A stretch of DNA of 64,000 nucleotides from positions 36 through 64,035 of the IMG/VR virus record IMGVR_UViG_3300045135_000807; one strand, written 5' to 3'. A program made the translations under genes and the position numbers. This DNA is from a virus. Taxonomy: Duplodnaviria; Caudoviricetes. Shown here in pieces: positions 37,498 to 46,924 of this stretch (its first letter is position 1; each line of letters begins with the position of its first letter). The notes below the pieces were generated by a model. It made no database searches. It saw only the letters and a program-made list of their open reading frames with translations, and was not told where the DNA came from.

Positions 37498-37931
37498 TTA
37501 TATATCTTGAATGGGCCAGTTTTATCTTTGTACCCTTCGTAGTCTTCTTTAAATTCTTCTAGGCGTGGTTCAATGTCGTCAGATTTAATAATCCAAAATT
37601 GTGCGCCTGCCTTCTTAGCTTTTTCAATTTCTTGGTTATCGTCAGATGAAGAAATGATACCAATCACACAACCGTTGCCGTAGTCAAAGTTGATTTTGCG
37701 AATCATCTCAATACCGTCAAAGCTAGACCCTATGATATTTAAATCTACAAACACACATTCTGGGCGTTCATCATTAGGGTCGTCTGGAAACCATCCCTTA
37801 AATTTTCTGTCTGCTTCGTCTGAGGAGTCTAACGCCTCTAGAGACAGTGTTATGTCTAGTATGCTACACGCATCTTCAAATACCAAGTGGAATAGATCCT
37901 CATCGTCTATAAGTAATATAGAGTTTATCAT
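37494..37931 (-). CDS. Single-domain response regulator (receiver only)
   Basis: ILLIDDED acidic pocket, phospho-acceptor VFVDLN, ISSS, conserved Lys in WIIKS. Confidence 0.9.
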   Translation of the reverse strand: MINSILLIDDEDLFHLVFEDACSILDITLSLEALDSSDEADRKFKGWFPDDPNDERPECVFVDLNIIGSSFDGIEMIRKINFDYGNGCVIGIISSSDDNQEIEKAKKAGAQFWIIKSDDIEPRLEEFKEDYEGYKDKTGPFKIYK

Positions 37932-39163
37932 TGTTTTATGTTTATTAGTAGTTTAGTTCCTTGTTCTTTTTTTTCTGCTCGGATACTGAATCCGTGTTCT
38001 TTTAATATAGCAAGACAGATGTTTAGCCCTAAGCCAGTTCCCTGCTCTTCCTGCCCTTTCTTTCTTGTGTAAGGCTTAGAGTATTCATTAAACTCAGATT
38101 GACTCATACCACGGCCATTGTCTTCAATGCACAGGTGGTCATTGTCTTGCATATATATAGATACAAATTTAGTAGAGCTATCGTTATACTTTAACCCATT
38201 GCGAATCAGGTTATCAATAGCCGTACAGAACAAAGGTTCATTTACTAATACAGACGGTAAGTTATCTATCTTGACTTGTTTTATATAAGATGTGCTTTTC
38301 AAATATTCTTTAAGTATCTCTGTAAGATTACACTTTTCTTTATCTAGCTGCGCATCTTCTTTGACGAGGTTGGTAAATTCCTTGACACCTAGATATACTT
38401 TCTGTGTGTGCCGTAGCCCCTCTTCAAGCATTTTAAGTGGAGCCTGTATCTTCAGTTGCTTAATATCATCATCTGTTATCCTGCGCTTTAAGGACGTTAA
38501 TCCTCTAGGCATATATGTATTGATGCCTGAGTGCATATCATGCCTTAGAATCTTTGCTGCGTGTTCTAGGTAGGAGTTTTTCTGATTCACCATATCTTCT
38601 GCTTCGTGCTGAGATGTGATGTCAGTAGCTATCTTTAGCACCTTAGTATACTTTCCGTGTTTGTCTTTTACAGGGGTGTAATGTCCAAACAACCACAGCT
38701 GTTTGCCATCTTTAGAAACTCTTTCAAACTCACCACTTACCGTTTCTCCATTTGCTAGCCTTCTCCAGAAATAAGAATATTCCATACTCTCTCTGTAGTC
38801 TTTTGGTACAAGCTTTTTATGGTTCATCCCCTTCACACCATTTTCAGAGTATCCTGTGGCAATAGAAAAGTTTTTGTTTACGGATCGTATAACACCATCC
38901 ATATCCATAGTAACAACTAAATTGGATTTATCAATAGCTTTAAGCTGTATGTTTATGTTTTCTTCTTTAATCTTTGTGGAACTAACAAAGCTGTATACCA
39001 CATAGAAGAATGGTGGCATAAATGAAATTACGCAAGCGTAACCAAACTCAGCAAGAAAATAAGTGGGTTGACAGATTCTAAATACTATACAGGTCTGTAC
39101 AGCAAAGAACGTGAGCATAATGAGGGCAGATACACCTAGACATATTTTTGCTACACGATTCAT
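37928..39163 (-). CDS. Membrane PAS-domain sensor histidine kinase
   Basis: Two TM helices, PAS/PAC domain (...FERVSKDGKQLW...KIATDIT), H-box LRHDMHS, N-box DNLIRNGLKYN, G1 IEDNGRGM, G2 GTGLGL. Confidence 0.92.
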   Translation of the reverse strand: MNRVAKICLGVSALIMLTFFAVQTCIVFRICQPTYFLAEFGYACVISFMPPFFYVVYSFVSSTKIKEENINIQLKAIDKSNLVVTMDMDGVIRSVNKNFSIATGYSENGVKGMNHKKLVPKDYRESMEYSYFWRRLANGETVSGEFERVSKDGKQLWLFGHYTPVKDKHGKYTKVLKIATDITSQHEAEDMVNQKNSYLEHAAKILRHDMHSGINTYMPRGLTSLKRRITDDDIKQLKIQAPLKMLEEGLRHTQKVYLGVKEFTNLVKEDAQLDKEKCNLTEILKEYLKSTSYIKQVKIDNLPSVLVNEPLFCTAIDNLIRNGLKYNDSSTKFVSIYMQDNDHLCIEDNGRGMSQSEFNEYSKPYTRKKGQEEQGTGLGLNICLAILKEHGFSIRAEKKEQGTKLLINIKQ

Positions 39164-39318
39164 TCATCTTTATTCTTTCTTAAAAAATACCAGCGCTGGG
39201 CGGTGTAACCTATAGAAATTAGAAGCAGTGTGATTTTGAGCGCCATCTCAACTTGTGCAAAGCTTATTGCAAACGTGCTTGCGTTTAACAGCATTAGTTT
39301 AATATCTGTGTCATTCAT
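39160..39318 (-). CDS. 52-aa membrane protein, holin-like (not in ORF track)
   Basis: MNDTDIKLMLLNASTFAISFAQVEMALKITLLLISIGYTAQRWYFLRKNKDE; ATGA overlap with the kinase start. Confidence 0.7.
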   Translation of the reverse strand: MNDTDIKLMLLNASTFAISFAQVEMALKITLLLISIGYTAQRWYFLRKNKDE

Positions 39319-39320
39319 TT

Positions 39321-39611
39321 TTACCACTTCACTTTATTGGCCCAAAACGCAGCAGACAGCTTACCCTTTGCGATATTGCGTCTGTGACGTGCCTTGAATG
39401 ATGCACGTTTCTTTTTCATACGATCTGATTCACCAGCCTTAGGCTTTCCAGCTGTCTTAGCACCCTGTTCTCCAAAGCGGATAGTCTTGATTGTGTCACC
39501 CACCTTAGCCACTACGATGTGTGACTTCTTAGGGTGATTCGGTGTGCGTTTTGGTTTATTGAAACCGCTTACACCTGCTCTTGCTAAACGTGAATCTTTC
39601 TTTGCTTTCAT
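39321..39611 (-). CDS. Highly basic conserved phage protein
   Basis: KTIRFGEQG...RASFKARH...SAAFWANKVKW motif; start moved to the ATG at 39611. Confidence 0.7.
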   Translation of the reverse strand: MKAKKDSRLARAGVSGFNKPKRTPNHPKKSHIVVAKVGDTIKTIRFGEQGAKTAGKPKAGESDRMKKKRASFKARHRRNIAKGKLSAAFWANKVKW

Positions 39612-39616
39612 AAACA

Positions 39617-39624
39617 CAAAGATA
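39617..39624 (-). promoter_or_regulatory. TAnnTTTG -7 promoter box heading the signalling operon
   Basis: TATCTTTG 5 nt upstream of the ATG at 39611, right after a terminator. Confidence 0.6.
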
Positions 39625-39625
39625 T

Positions 39626-39658
39626 AAAAAAAGAGGGCTACATTTCTGTAACCCTCTT
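39626..39658 (-). terminator. Rho-independent terminator
   Basis: On the - strand: AAGAGGGTTACA-GAAA-TGTAGCCCTCTT followed by a T-run. Confidence 0.8.
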
Positions 39659-39682
39659 AGCGTCAAACAATTAGTTATAAGG

Positions 39683-39940
39683 TTATTCTGTAACCTCTTC
39701 TGCTTCTTCTACAACCTCTTCGTATTCACCTGTTGAAAGGTCTACAGAGATTGAACCGTACTTGTCTTCAAGCTCCTTTTGCGCAGCACCCATAGCCTCT
39801 TCCATAGAAACTACTTGAAGCTGTGCTTTGTATGCTTGGTTAGACAAATCGCCAAGAATAGTCTTAGCTTGATTGAGGTTAGATACTGCCGTCTGGATAG
39901 ACTTCAATTCCTCTTCCGTGAGTTTTAGCTTATCAGCCAT
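39683..39940 (-). CDS. Small acidic coiled-coil protein (possible tail-fibre chaperone)
   Basis: 85 aa, LEDKYGSISVDLSTGE; TATATTTG box at 39974-39981. Confidence 0.6.
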   Translation of the reverse strand: MADKLKLTEEELKSIQTAVSNLNQAKTILGDLSNQAYKAQLQVVSMEEAMGAAQKELEDKYGSISVDLSTGEYEEVVEEAEEVTE

Positions 39941-39990
39941 AATCTTTAAATATTTAAGTTAATTAACCAGATACAAATATAATACAAAAC

Positions 39991-40437
39991 CTATAATGAT
40001 GTCAAGATGGCAATCCCTAGCCATAGTATGCTGACACCATAGTTTAGTACAGCTGTCTGTACGTCATCCAAACGTACAAGCACTGGGTAACCCAGCTTCT
40101 TGCCTTTGTATTGGAATAGCCCTTCACCGTTGTGACAGCTTAACCATTCCTTCTTACCGAAGATGAGTCTACGTGGCTTGTCAATTAGGTCTGGCATACA
40201 CCCCATAACGTATCCGAAGGATGCTAACCAGAAGTTACCGAAGAGGTACGCCCCTACTAGGAACATAGCAAAAGCTGTTGCTTCAATGATGGTAGCGTGG
40301 AACTGATCCTTTAGTCCAGACTCACCCACATAGTCCCACACAAAGTGAGATACAAAAGCAACTGAGCCACCAAGGATATAATCCCCAGTGGCTAGTGTAA
40401 TTGCTGCTCCTGTAGTTCCGTGAACGGAAAACCACAT
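39991..40437 (-). CDS. Multi-pass membrane protein with metal-hydrolase-like His/Asp motifs
   Basis: HGTTG, SHFVWD, MPDLID and SCH motifs among several TM helices. Confidence 0.55.
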   Translation of the reverse strand: MWFSVHGTTGAAITLATGDYILGGSVAFVSHFVWDYVGESGLKDQFHATIIEATAFAMFLVGAYLFGNFWLASFGYVMGCMPDLIDKPRRLIFGKKEWLSCHNGEGLFQYKGKKLGYPVLVRLDDVQTAVLNYGVSILWLGIAILTSL

Positions 40438-40802
40438 TATTCAGCAGGTGCTTCTTCAACAACAGGCTCTGCAATAGTAAGAGTCACAGATGATGGTGCA
40501 GCAAGTTCTGCAATCTGTGAGTCTAGAGAAGCCTCTAGTTCTGCTACACGCTCAGTGCCCATAGCTGCCTGTGTCCAAGCAATCATTTGGTCGTGAGTAA
40601 CTGATTCAAAAGCTGTAAAGCCTGATAGGTCTGCAACTTCTAAAGATTGTGTTCCGATAACAGTAGCACTGTTTGTACCGTCTGATCCTGTTACACGCCA
40701 GTGTACGTTGTAGACTACTTGAGATTCGGTTACTCCGTTCTCGTCTGTGTGTGATGGGTACGCATCTACTGTGCGACAGTCCCAAGAATAAGTGTTAGCC
40801 AT
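40437..40802 (-). CDS. Tail-fibre-associated protein
   Basis: YSWDC...VVYNVHWRVTG...MIAWTQAAMG pattern; downstream of the fibre genes; TATTTTTG box at 40829-40836. Confidence 0.6.
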   Translation of the reverse strand: MANTYSWDCRTVDAYPSHTDENGVTESQVVYNVHWRVTGSDGTNSATVIGTQSLEVADLSGFTAFESVTHDQMIAWTQAAMGTERVAELEASLDSQIAELAAPSSVTLTIAEPVVEEAPAE

Positions 40803-40843
40803 TTTAAAATGTTTTTGTTATAACGTTACAAAAATACTAATTT

Positions 40844-41326
40844 TTAACAAGCAGATACAGCTTCAATAACTGTTTCGCCCCCACCGCCTTGCAATATGTA
40901 TATGGAATAACTAAGTCCGCTTGTTGTATCTATGTATTTGTACCAGTACCCGAAGTCACGTATACCGTATGGAGTGGTAAGTGCAGAGTCTGAAAACAAA
41001 TAATCTCCAGCGGAAGGAACAGAGGAGCTACCATTCTTGTATATGGGGTTTGTGGCATCTTGAGCACATCCCTCAGCGCCAGACGTTCCGAAACCAGAGG
41101 AAATTAATCCACTATATGCCGTAGATCCGCTTGCACTATGATCGTATCCGTACCACTCACTCATAGAAGCTGGGTTGGTAGCACTAGGATATGAAGCGGA
41201 ATTAGTATTGATGGTGGCGTATGTGCCGTTCTCAGCAGAATCAAGAGAGATGGTAGCGGTACTAGACCGCCCCAACTCTGTATTGATTTCACTCATCTTA
41301 ATAGTTCCACTACTTTGTAAGGCCAT
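40844..41326 (-). CDS. Tail-fibre tip / adhesin-like protein
   Basis: MALQSSGTIKMSEINTELG N-terminus of the kind that follows S74-chaperone fibres; overlaps the fibre stop. Confidence 0.55.
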   Translation of the reverse strand: MALQSSGTIKMSEINTELGRSSTATISLDSAENGTYATINTNSASYPSATNPASMSEWYGYDHSASGSTAYSGLISSGFGTSGAEGCAQDATNPIYKNGSSSVPSAGDYLFSDSALTTPYGIRDFGYWYKYIDTTSGLSYSIYILQGGGGETVIEAVSAC

Positions 41327-44300
41327 TGATGATTTCTTTTAGTTCGTCAATCTGTTGTTGCTGTTCCTTGACAGCTTCAATAAGTACAGCTGTTAGTCTA
41401 GCGTAGTTTACGGTCTTGTAGTCTTCACCAGTCTTGCTTGTTGCCTTGCCTTCTTCATCGCTACCGATATCAAATGGTGCCAGGTGTACTAGCTGTGGGA
41501 ATACAGCTTCTACATCTTGAGCGATAACCCCGACATCATTCGTCTTTGTAGATGGCTCAAAGCCAAGCTCCTGAGACTTCTCGTTCCAATCAAAGGTTAC
41601 CCCCTTGAGTTGCTTGATCTTGTTTACAGCGTTCTCTATAGGCTTGATGTTTTCCTTGAGTCGCTCATCTGAAGAGTAAGCAACAACATCACCTGTTGCA
41701 CTAAGCTGTCCTGTTACTTTGATACCACCGTTAGAGTCAGCCTCTAGAACCGTAGCACCATTGTAGTGAATCTCAACACCACCAGTACCATCGTATAATG
41801 CAATACCGTTAGACTGTTGCGTGTTGTAGATAGCGTAATCACCTACATTAATGTTCTTGATTTGTATAGCATCAGAGTCACCTACGAATTGAGCAATTAC
41901 TGCTCCGCTACTACTGTTAGGGTTTCTAACGTATAGTGCAGCGTTGTTTGTATTTGACGCATCATTATCTACGTGAAGTTTGTAAGAAGGGCTAGTCGTG
42001 CCTATACCCACATTACCACCCCCTCCGGTCATTATAATGTTTCCAGATCCTGAGTTTTGCAGATACAAAGCAGCTCCATTATCCATATAGATCTGATCAA
42101 CTTTGTCTAACTGCAATGCCTTACTAGTACCAGCGCTGAAGAACATTTTTTGAACGTTGGTAGAATGTGTGCCAACAACGTGAAGAGGAACTGATGGACT
42201 AGTAGTACCTATACCTAAGTTACCGCTACCGTCAAGAGTCATAACCTGACTTAACGTTGCAGCAGAGTCTACAGCTACTGTTTGGTAAGCACCAGTCCAC
42301 CATTGATGTGTAGAGCCGTGCTGTACGTATGCTGATCTTTCTAGGTTTGCTAGAGCAGAAGAACTTAGGAATGCACCTGCCGCTGTTGTAGATGGTTTAA
42401 CACCGTATCCAATAACAGCACCTCCTGCACTGTATCCACCACCAATAGTAATGATGTTTCCATTGTTGTACTTCCCTACAAGTATTAGAGATCCTGAAGT
42501 ACTGTTAGCTGTACCTGCATATATAGCTCCTTCAACGTGTAGTTTTTGATTCGGACCAGTCGTCCCAATACCCACGTTGCCAGCACCGCTAATAATCATT
42601 TTAGTGGTAAGAGTTCCAAACCCGGTTTGAAATTGAAATTGACCATTATATGGGCTGTTTTCTGTTTCAACAACTATAGCAGCTCTGTCAAAACTAGCGC
42701 TATTGCCTCCGGCATCGCTAAACAATATTCGTGTTTTGTTTGCTACTGCTAAACCATTATTGTCAAGTCTTAACTCGCCCCCAATACCGCCTGTATTAGA
42801 TTTATATATATGTAATTGAGACTTAGGACTAGTAGTCCCCATACCTATATTACCGCCACCATCAAAGAACATTTCTGTTCTGTTATCAGTGAAGTTCTGT
42901 ATTTGAAGACCTGTCCCGGCAGATTGCACAAAACCATAGTCATCGTATCCAGACCTAGACATTTTAATAGGAGTGCCGCTAGAGGTGATGTGTAGGTTAG
43001 CTGTAGGGCTAGCTGTGCCTATACTGATGTTTCCGCCAAAGTAACCACCGCCACTAGACATAGTGGTGAATTCATTTCTATTGCTATCGCTAATGTACAA
43101 TACAGAGCTGCCTGTAGTTCCTGAAGGCTCTGTAGCTGTAGCTGACGCAGCGACATTCGTTGATGATTCAACAGTAACGTTTGAACGATATACAAAAGAT
43201 CCGCTTCCAGAAGCAATACCAGCAAGCTTAACCCATACATCCTGTACAGCTCCACTTGAGTTGATTACTTTTATCCCCAACACCTTACTTGTATTGTACT
43301 TGCTTCCTGGGAGTCGGTATATATGCGTCTGCATACCATAGCTAGAATGAGAGATCAAGTACTCATCATACATATTGGTGTTGTCCCCACCGTGGTTTAG
43401 CCATAGGCGAATACGTCTAGGGCCGCCATTGTATGAAATTACTTTAACCCACTCATCACTAGGGCTTGTACCGGCATCTCTAGTCCAAGTTCCTGTACGT
43501 GCTAATGGAGCTATGTATTCAGTACCCGCTATCTGGTTTATCCCACCTATATAGAATCCTGTAGCGTTTATATTTCCATTAACATCAAGATTGTAAGAAG
43601 GACTAGTCGTCCCGATACCAACATTGCCAGAGCCTTTTATGGTCATAACATCAGTTATTGCACTTGAATAACCTTTTATGATCATAGTTGACTCGTACGT
43701 TCCAGATGTTAATCCAGTAGTAAATATTCCAAAATTACCTGCTGCACTATATGATGCGTTTGGCCTAAAGTACAGAGTTGCTCCTGTCGTTCCAGATATT
43801 ACAGCTTCACCAACACCTGATGCATTATCAACGTGAAGCTTTCTACCTGGACTAGTAGTTCCTATACCAACGTTGCCTGATGAATTAATTCTAAATACAT
43901 CGGAACCAGACATTCTGAAGTTAATATAACCTGATGTCTTAAATTGTATGTTATTCCAATCTAAGGTATCACCACCGCCTCCCAAAATTAAAGTTTGAGT
44001 ACCGTCTGCTGCCCTAGGTCTTAAGTAGTTTGTGCCTCTTTCAAATTCAACACCAAAACCCGTTAAGTAAGCACTACCATCGGTATCGTTATAATCAGCT
44101 CTAATGTGTCCTTTAACGTGAAGCTTTTGTGCTGGACTAGTAGTTCCGATACCTACGTTGCCCTTATCGGTAATTCTAAAGTGTTCAGTAAGTGTACCGT
44201 TTCCAGCTTGATCCGTACCCTCAGCAGTATACACAACAAAGTTACCACAGCCCTCACTAATCAACCCACTGTCTCCATCGCTGTCCTTGACAATCATACC

Positions 44301-46916
44301 GATTCTCACCTGTGGGGTGAAAGTAGCATTGTCATCAGTCATCTTAAAGTCAATAAAGTTACCTTGAGAGCCGTTAGGATTGATATCGCTTTGATAGTTG
44401 TTTAGAGTCAGTAATACTGGAGCTGCTGCGCTTTCGTAAATATGCAGCTTAGTATCTGGACTAGTCGTCCCTATACCAACGTTTGTTCCGCTAGTAGCTC
44501 CTGGTGACCCAGCATCTTTTTGATAGATGGTTAAACCGTCTGTCAATTCGCTACCGTCATACTGTATGAGGTTCAAGTGCGCTATAGCTCTATTGCTATC
44601 TGCTCTACCCGCTGAAACTAAAAGACCTCTGTCATTACCTGCGTTAATCAAAACAGAAGCACCGCTATTGTTTTCATCCTGATCTGTACCGAATCTAGCA
44701 ACAAGATCATAAGAACCAGTAGTTCCTGTTTTTAATACTTGTAGTTTTGGTGTTCCATTTGCAGCTCCCTCTTGACCTGAGATAGTAGTCGTCCCGATAC
44801 CTACGTTGCCACTTTGATTAATGTATAAACGAGTACTTCCATTGGTGCGCAGCTGTAGACCATTAAAGCCTTGAATTTCTACATCACTAGACCCTCTTCT
44901 AATATAATGTGCAGTGTTATCAAAGTAGATGTATTCGTTTTGAGGTATCTGTATATCTCCATTTACAGACAGCTTATAAGAAGGACTAGTAGTCCCGATA
45001 CCAACGTTGCCATTAGCGGCAATACGCATACGCTCAGAAGGAGTATAGTCTGCGTCAGCAGTAACACCTGACTGAGCATAAAATCTTATAACACCTTGGT
45101 CAAATCTAATAGATGTCGGTACTGTTAAATCCGATCTCCAGAATCCGGAGTTATAGTACCTACCTGTACCGATACCAGTGTTATACCCATCAATGTTTTG
45201 AATGTATAAACCTTCTTCACTATTGTAGTCCTCAACTTTGATTGCAGGGAAATAAGCATCCGACTTGGTTTTAACCATCAACGGCTCTTGAGGCGCTGTC
45301 GTTCCAATGTTTCCAATAGTTACATTTCCATTAACGTGAAGCTTTGAGGCAGGACTAGTCGTCCCTATACCTACGTTACCAGCATATGTAACAGATATAG
45401 CTGTAGTACTACCATTACCCTGACTGATATAAAAGTTATTGTTGTCAGACCAAATGCTATATGGGTTTCCACCAGCATTATGCAGTCTGATTCCACCATT
45501 GGTAGAATTTGTTCCTTGAATGTGCAACTTGGCTACTGGACTAGTCGTCCCTATACCAACGTTGCCTGCGCTGGTGATGCGCATCTTCTCGCCATTAGAT
45601 ACATAAAAGTTTAGATTATCAGTATTACTTCTTATGTAAGAGCTGATTGTGTTATTTTGTAGTCTGATCTCAGCAGAAGCCGCATTACGATAAATATGCA
45701 AAGCTTCAGAAGGACTAGTCGTACCAATACCAACATTGCCGTCAGACTTTCTAATAGTAAGTACGTCTGAAGAAGTTCCGTAAGAGTATATTGCTAAAGC
45801 GTCTGTTGTTGAACGATATCTGATTTGCATATCGTTAACATCACTCGTATTAAAGTCTAGTCCTGGATCTCCGCCAGATATAGCATTTAATCTAATCACA
45901 CCCTGACCTCTTAATTCAAGCTGTCTGCCGGGACTCGTAGTCCCGATACCAACGTTACCGCTAGAGTCAATGACCATTCTTACGGTATCAGCTGTAGCAA
46001 AGCCCATACCCCCGTTAGAGTTAACCTCTTTGATGCCTAGCTTCTGTGTATCGTCACTACGTCTCTTTTGGATTAACCAATCGTTATAGTTGTTATGCGT
46101 AACACGAATAGGGATTTGACTAGTGTGGTCTGTAGTGATATCTAACTTAGCTCCTGGACTAGTAGTCCCGATACCGACAAGCCCAGTGTTAGTAATGCGC
46201 ATTCTCTCCGTCTGACCTCCTACACCAGCTGTACTAGAGTAGAAGTGAATACCATAGTATCCATAGATGTTTGCTCTTGCTCCTGTAAAATCTAATGCTG
46301 CTGAATTGCTGGATGCTCCATTATAGATCATATTGCTGCCAATGCCAATATTACCTATAACTTCTAGTTTATCGGATGGCGAGGTTGAGCCGATACCTAC
46401 GTTGCCGCCAGATTGAATGGTCATTCTTACAGCTGTAGATCCGTGTTCCTTTATCTGTAAGTTTGAATTTACGCCATAAGCAACTGTATTAAATGCCCAG
46501 CCTCTATTAGGGTAACTTGCATTTTTTACACCCAAAAATAAAGATTCGTCTCCGCTATTCGCAAAAACACTAAGCTCTCCGTGAACACTTTGGTTGCCGT
46601 TTGCACCAACCGTATACTCATTAACTTGTAGCTTTCCAAGAGGACTTATCGTCCCAATACCAAGATTACCACTAGAATTCCATATACCTTTTTGAAAACC
46701 ATTCCCTTCAAAGTAATGTGCTGAGTTTGTGCGTAGATACACATTAACACCATCTGTTCCTAAGTAGTTTGTGGATACAGTTCCTATTCTTAGGTATCCT
46801 CCTTTTATCCTAGCATTACCTTCTATGTCAAGCTTGTAACCTGGACTATCAGTCCCAATACCTACATTGCTACCGCTTACGTATAATTTGTCGTTATGAT
46901 TGAACGTGATTGCCAT
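41310..46916 (-). CDS. Long tail fibre with C-terminal intramolecular chaperone (peptidase S74)
   Basis: About 19 [14 protein letters not shown] repeats; SDERLKENI...GVIAQDV...VNYARL...LIEAVKE C-terminus. Confidence 0.88.
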   Translation of the reverse strand: MAITFNHNDKLYVSGSNVGIGTDSPGYKLDIEGNARIKGGYLRIGTVSTNYLGTDGVNVYLRTNSAHYFEGNGFQKGIWNSSGNLGIGTISPLGKLQVNEYTVGANGNQSVHGELSVFANSGDESLFLGVKNASYPNRGWAFNTVAYGVNSNLQIKEHGSTAVRMTIQSGGNVGIGSTSPSDKLEVIGNIGIGSNMIYNGASSNSAALDFTGARANIYGYYGIHFYSSTAGVGGQTERMRITNTGLVGIGTTSPGAKLDITTDHTSQIPIRVTHNNYNDWLIQKRRSDDTQKLGIKEVNSNGGMGFATADTVRMVIDSSGNVGIGTTSPGRQLELRGQGVIRLNAISGGDPGLDFNTSDVNDMQIRYRSTTDALAIYSYGTSSDVLTIRKSDGNVGIGTTSPSEALHIYRNAASAEIRLQNNTISSYIRSNTDNLNFYVSNGEKMRITSAGNVGIGTTSPVAKLHIQGTNSTNGGIRLHNAGGNPYSIWSDNNNFYISQGNGSTTAISVTYAGNVGIGTTSPASKLHVNGNVTIGNIGTTAPQEPLMVKTKSDAYFPAIKVEDYNSEEGLYIQNIDGYNTGIGTGRYYNSGFWRSDLTVPTSIRFDQGVIRFYAQSGVTADADYTPSERMRIAANGNVGIGTTSPSYKLSVNGDIQIPQNEYIYFDNTAHYIRRGSSDVEIQGFNGLQLRTNGSTRLYINQSGNVGIGTTTISGQEGAANGTPKLQVLKTGTTGSYDLVARFGTDQDENNSGASVLINAGNDRGLLVSAGRADSNRAIAHLNLIQYDGSELTDGLTIYQKDAGSPGATSGTNVGIGTTSPDTKLHIYESAAAPVLLTLNNYQSDINPNGSQGNFIDFKMTDDNATFTPQVRIGMIVKDSDGDSGLISEGCGNFVVYTAEGTDQAGNGTLTEHFRITDKGNVGIGTTSPAQKLHVKGHIRADYNDTDGSAYLTGFGVEFERGTNYLRPRAADGTQTLILGGGGDTLDWNNIQFKTSGYINFRMSGSDVFRINSSGNVGIGTTSPGRKLHVDNASGVGEAVISGTTGATLYFRPNASYSAAGNFGIFTTGLTSGTYESTMIIKGYSSAITDVMTIKGSGNVGIGTTSPSYNLDVNGNINATGFYIGGINQIAGTEYIAPLARTGTWTRDAGTSPSDEWVKVISYNGGPRRIRLWLNHGGDNTNMYDEYLISHSSYGMQTHIYRLPGSKYNTSKVLGIKVINSSGAVQDVWVKLAGIASGSGSFVYRSNVTVESSTNVAASATATEPSGTTGSSVLYISDSNRNEFTTMSSGGGYFGGNISIGTASPTANLHITSSGTPIKMSRSGYDDYGFVQSAGTGLQIQNFTDNRTEMFFDGGGNIGMGTTSPKSQLHIYKSNTGGIGGELRLDNNGLAVANKTRILFSDAGGNSASFDRAAIVVETENSPYNGQFQFQTGFGTLTTKMIISGAGNVGIGTTGPNQKLHVEGAIYAGTANSTSGSLILVGKYNNGNIITIGGGYSAGGAVIGYGVKPSTTAAGAFLSSSALANLERSAYVQHGSTHQWWTGAYQTVAVDSAATLSQVMTLDGSGNLGIGTTSPSVPLHVVGTHSTNVQKMFFSAGTSKALQLDKVDQIYMDNGAALYLQNSGSGNIIMTGGGGNVGIGTTSPSYKLHVDNDASNTNNAALYVRNPNSSSGAVIAQFVGDSDAIQIKNINVGDYAIYNTQQSNGIALYDGTGGVEIHYNGATVLEADSNGGIKVTGQLSATGDVVAYSSDERLKENIKPIENAVNKIKQLKGVTFDWNEKSQELGFEPSTKTNDVGVIAQDVEAVFPQLVHLAPFDIGSDEEGKATSKTGEDYKTVNYARLTAVLIEAVKEQQQQIDELKEIINGLTK

Positions 46917-46924
46917 ATGTTATT

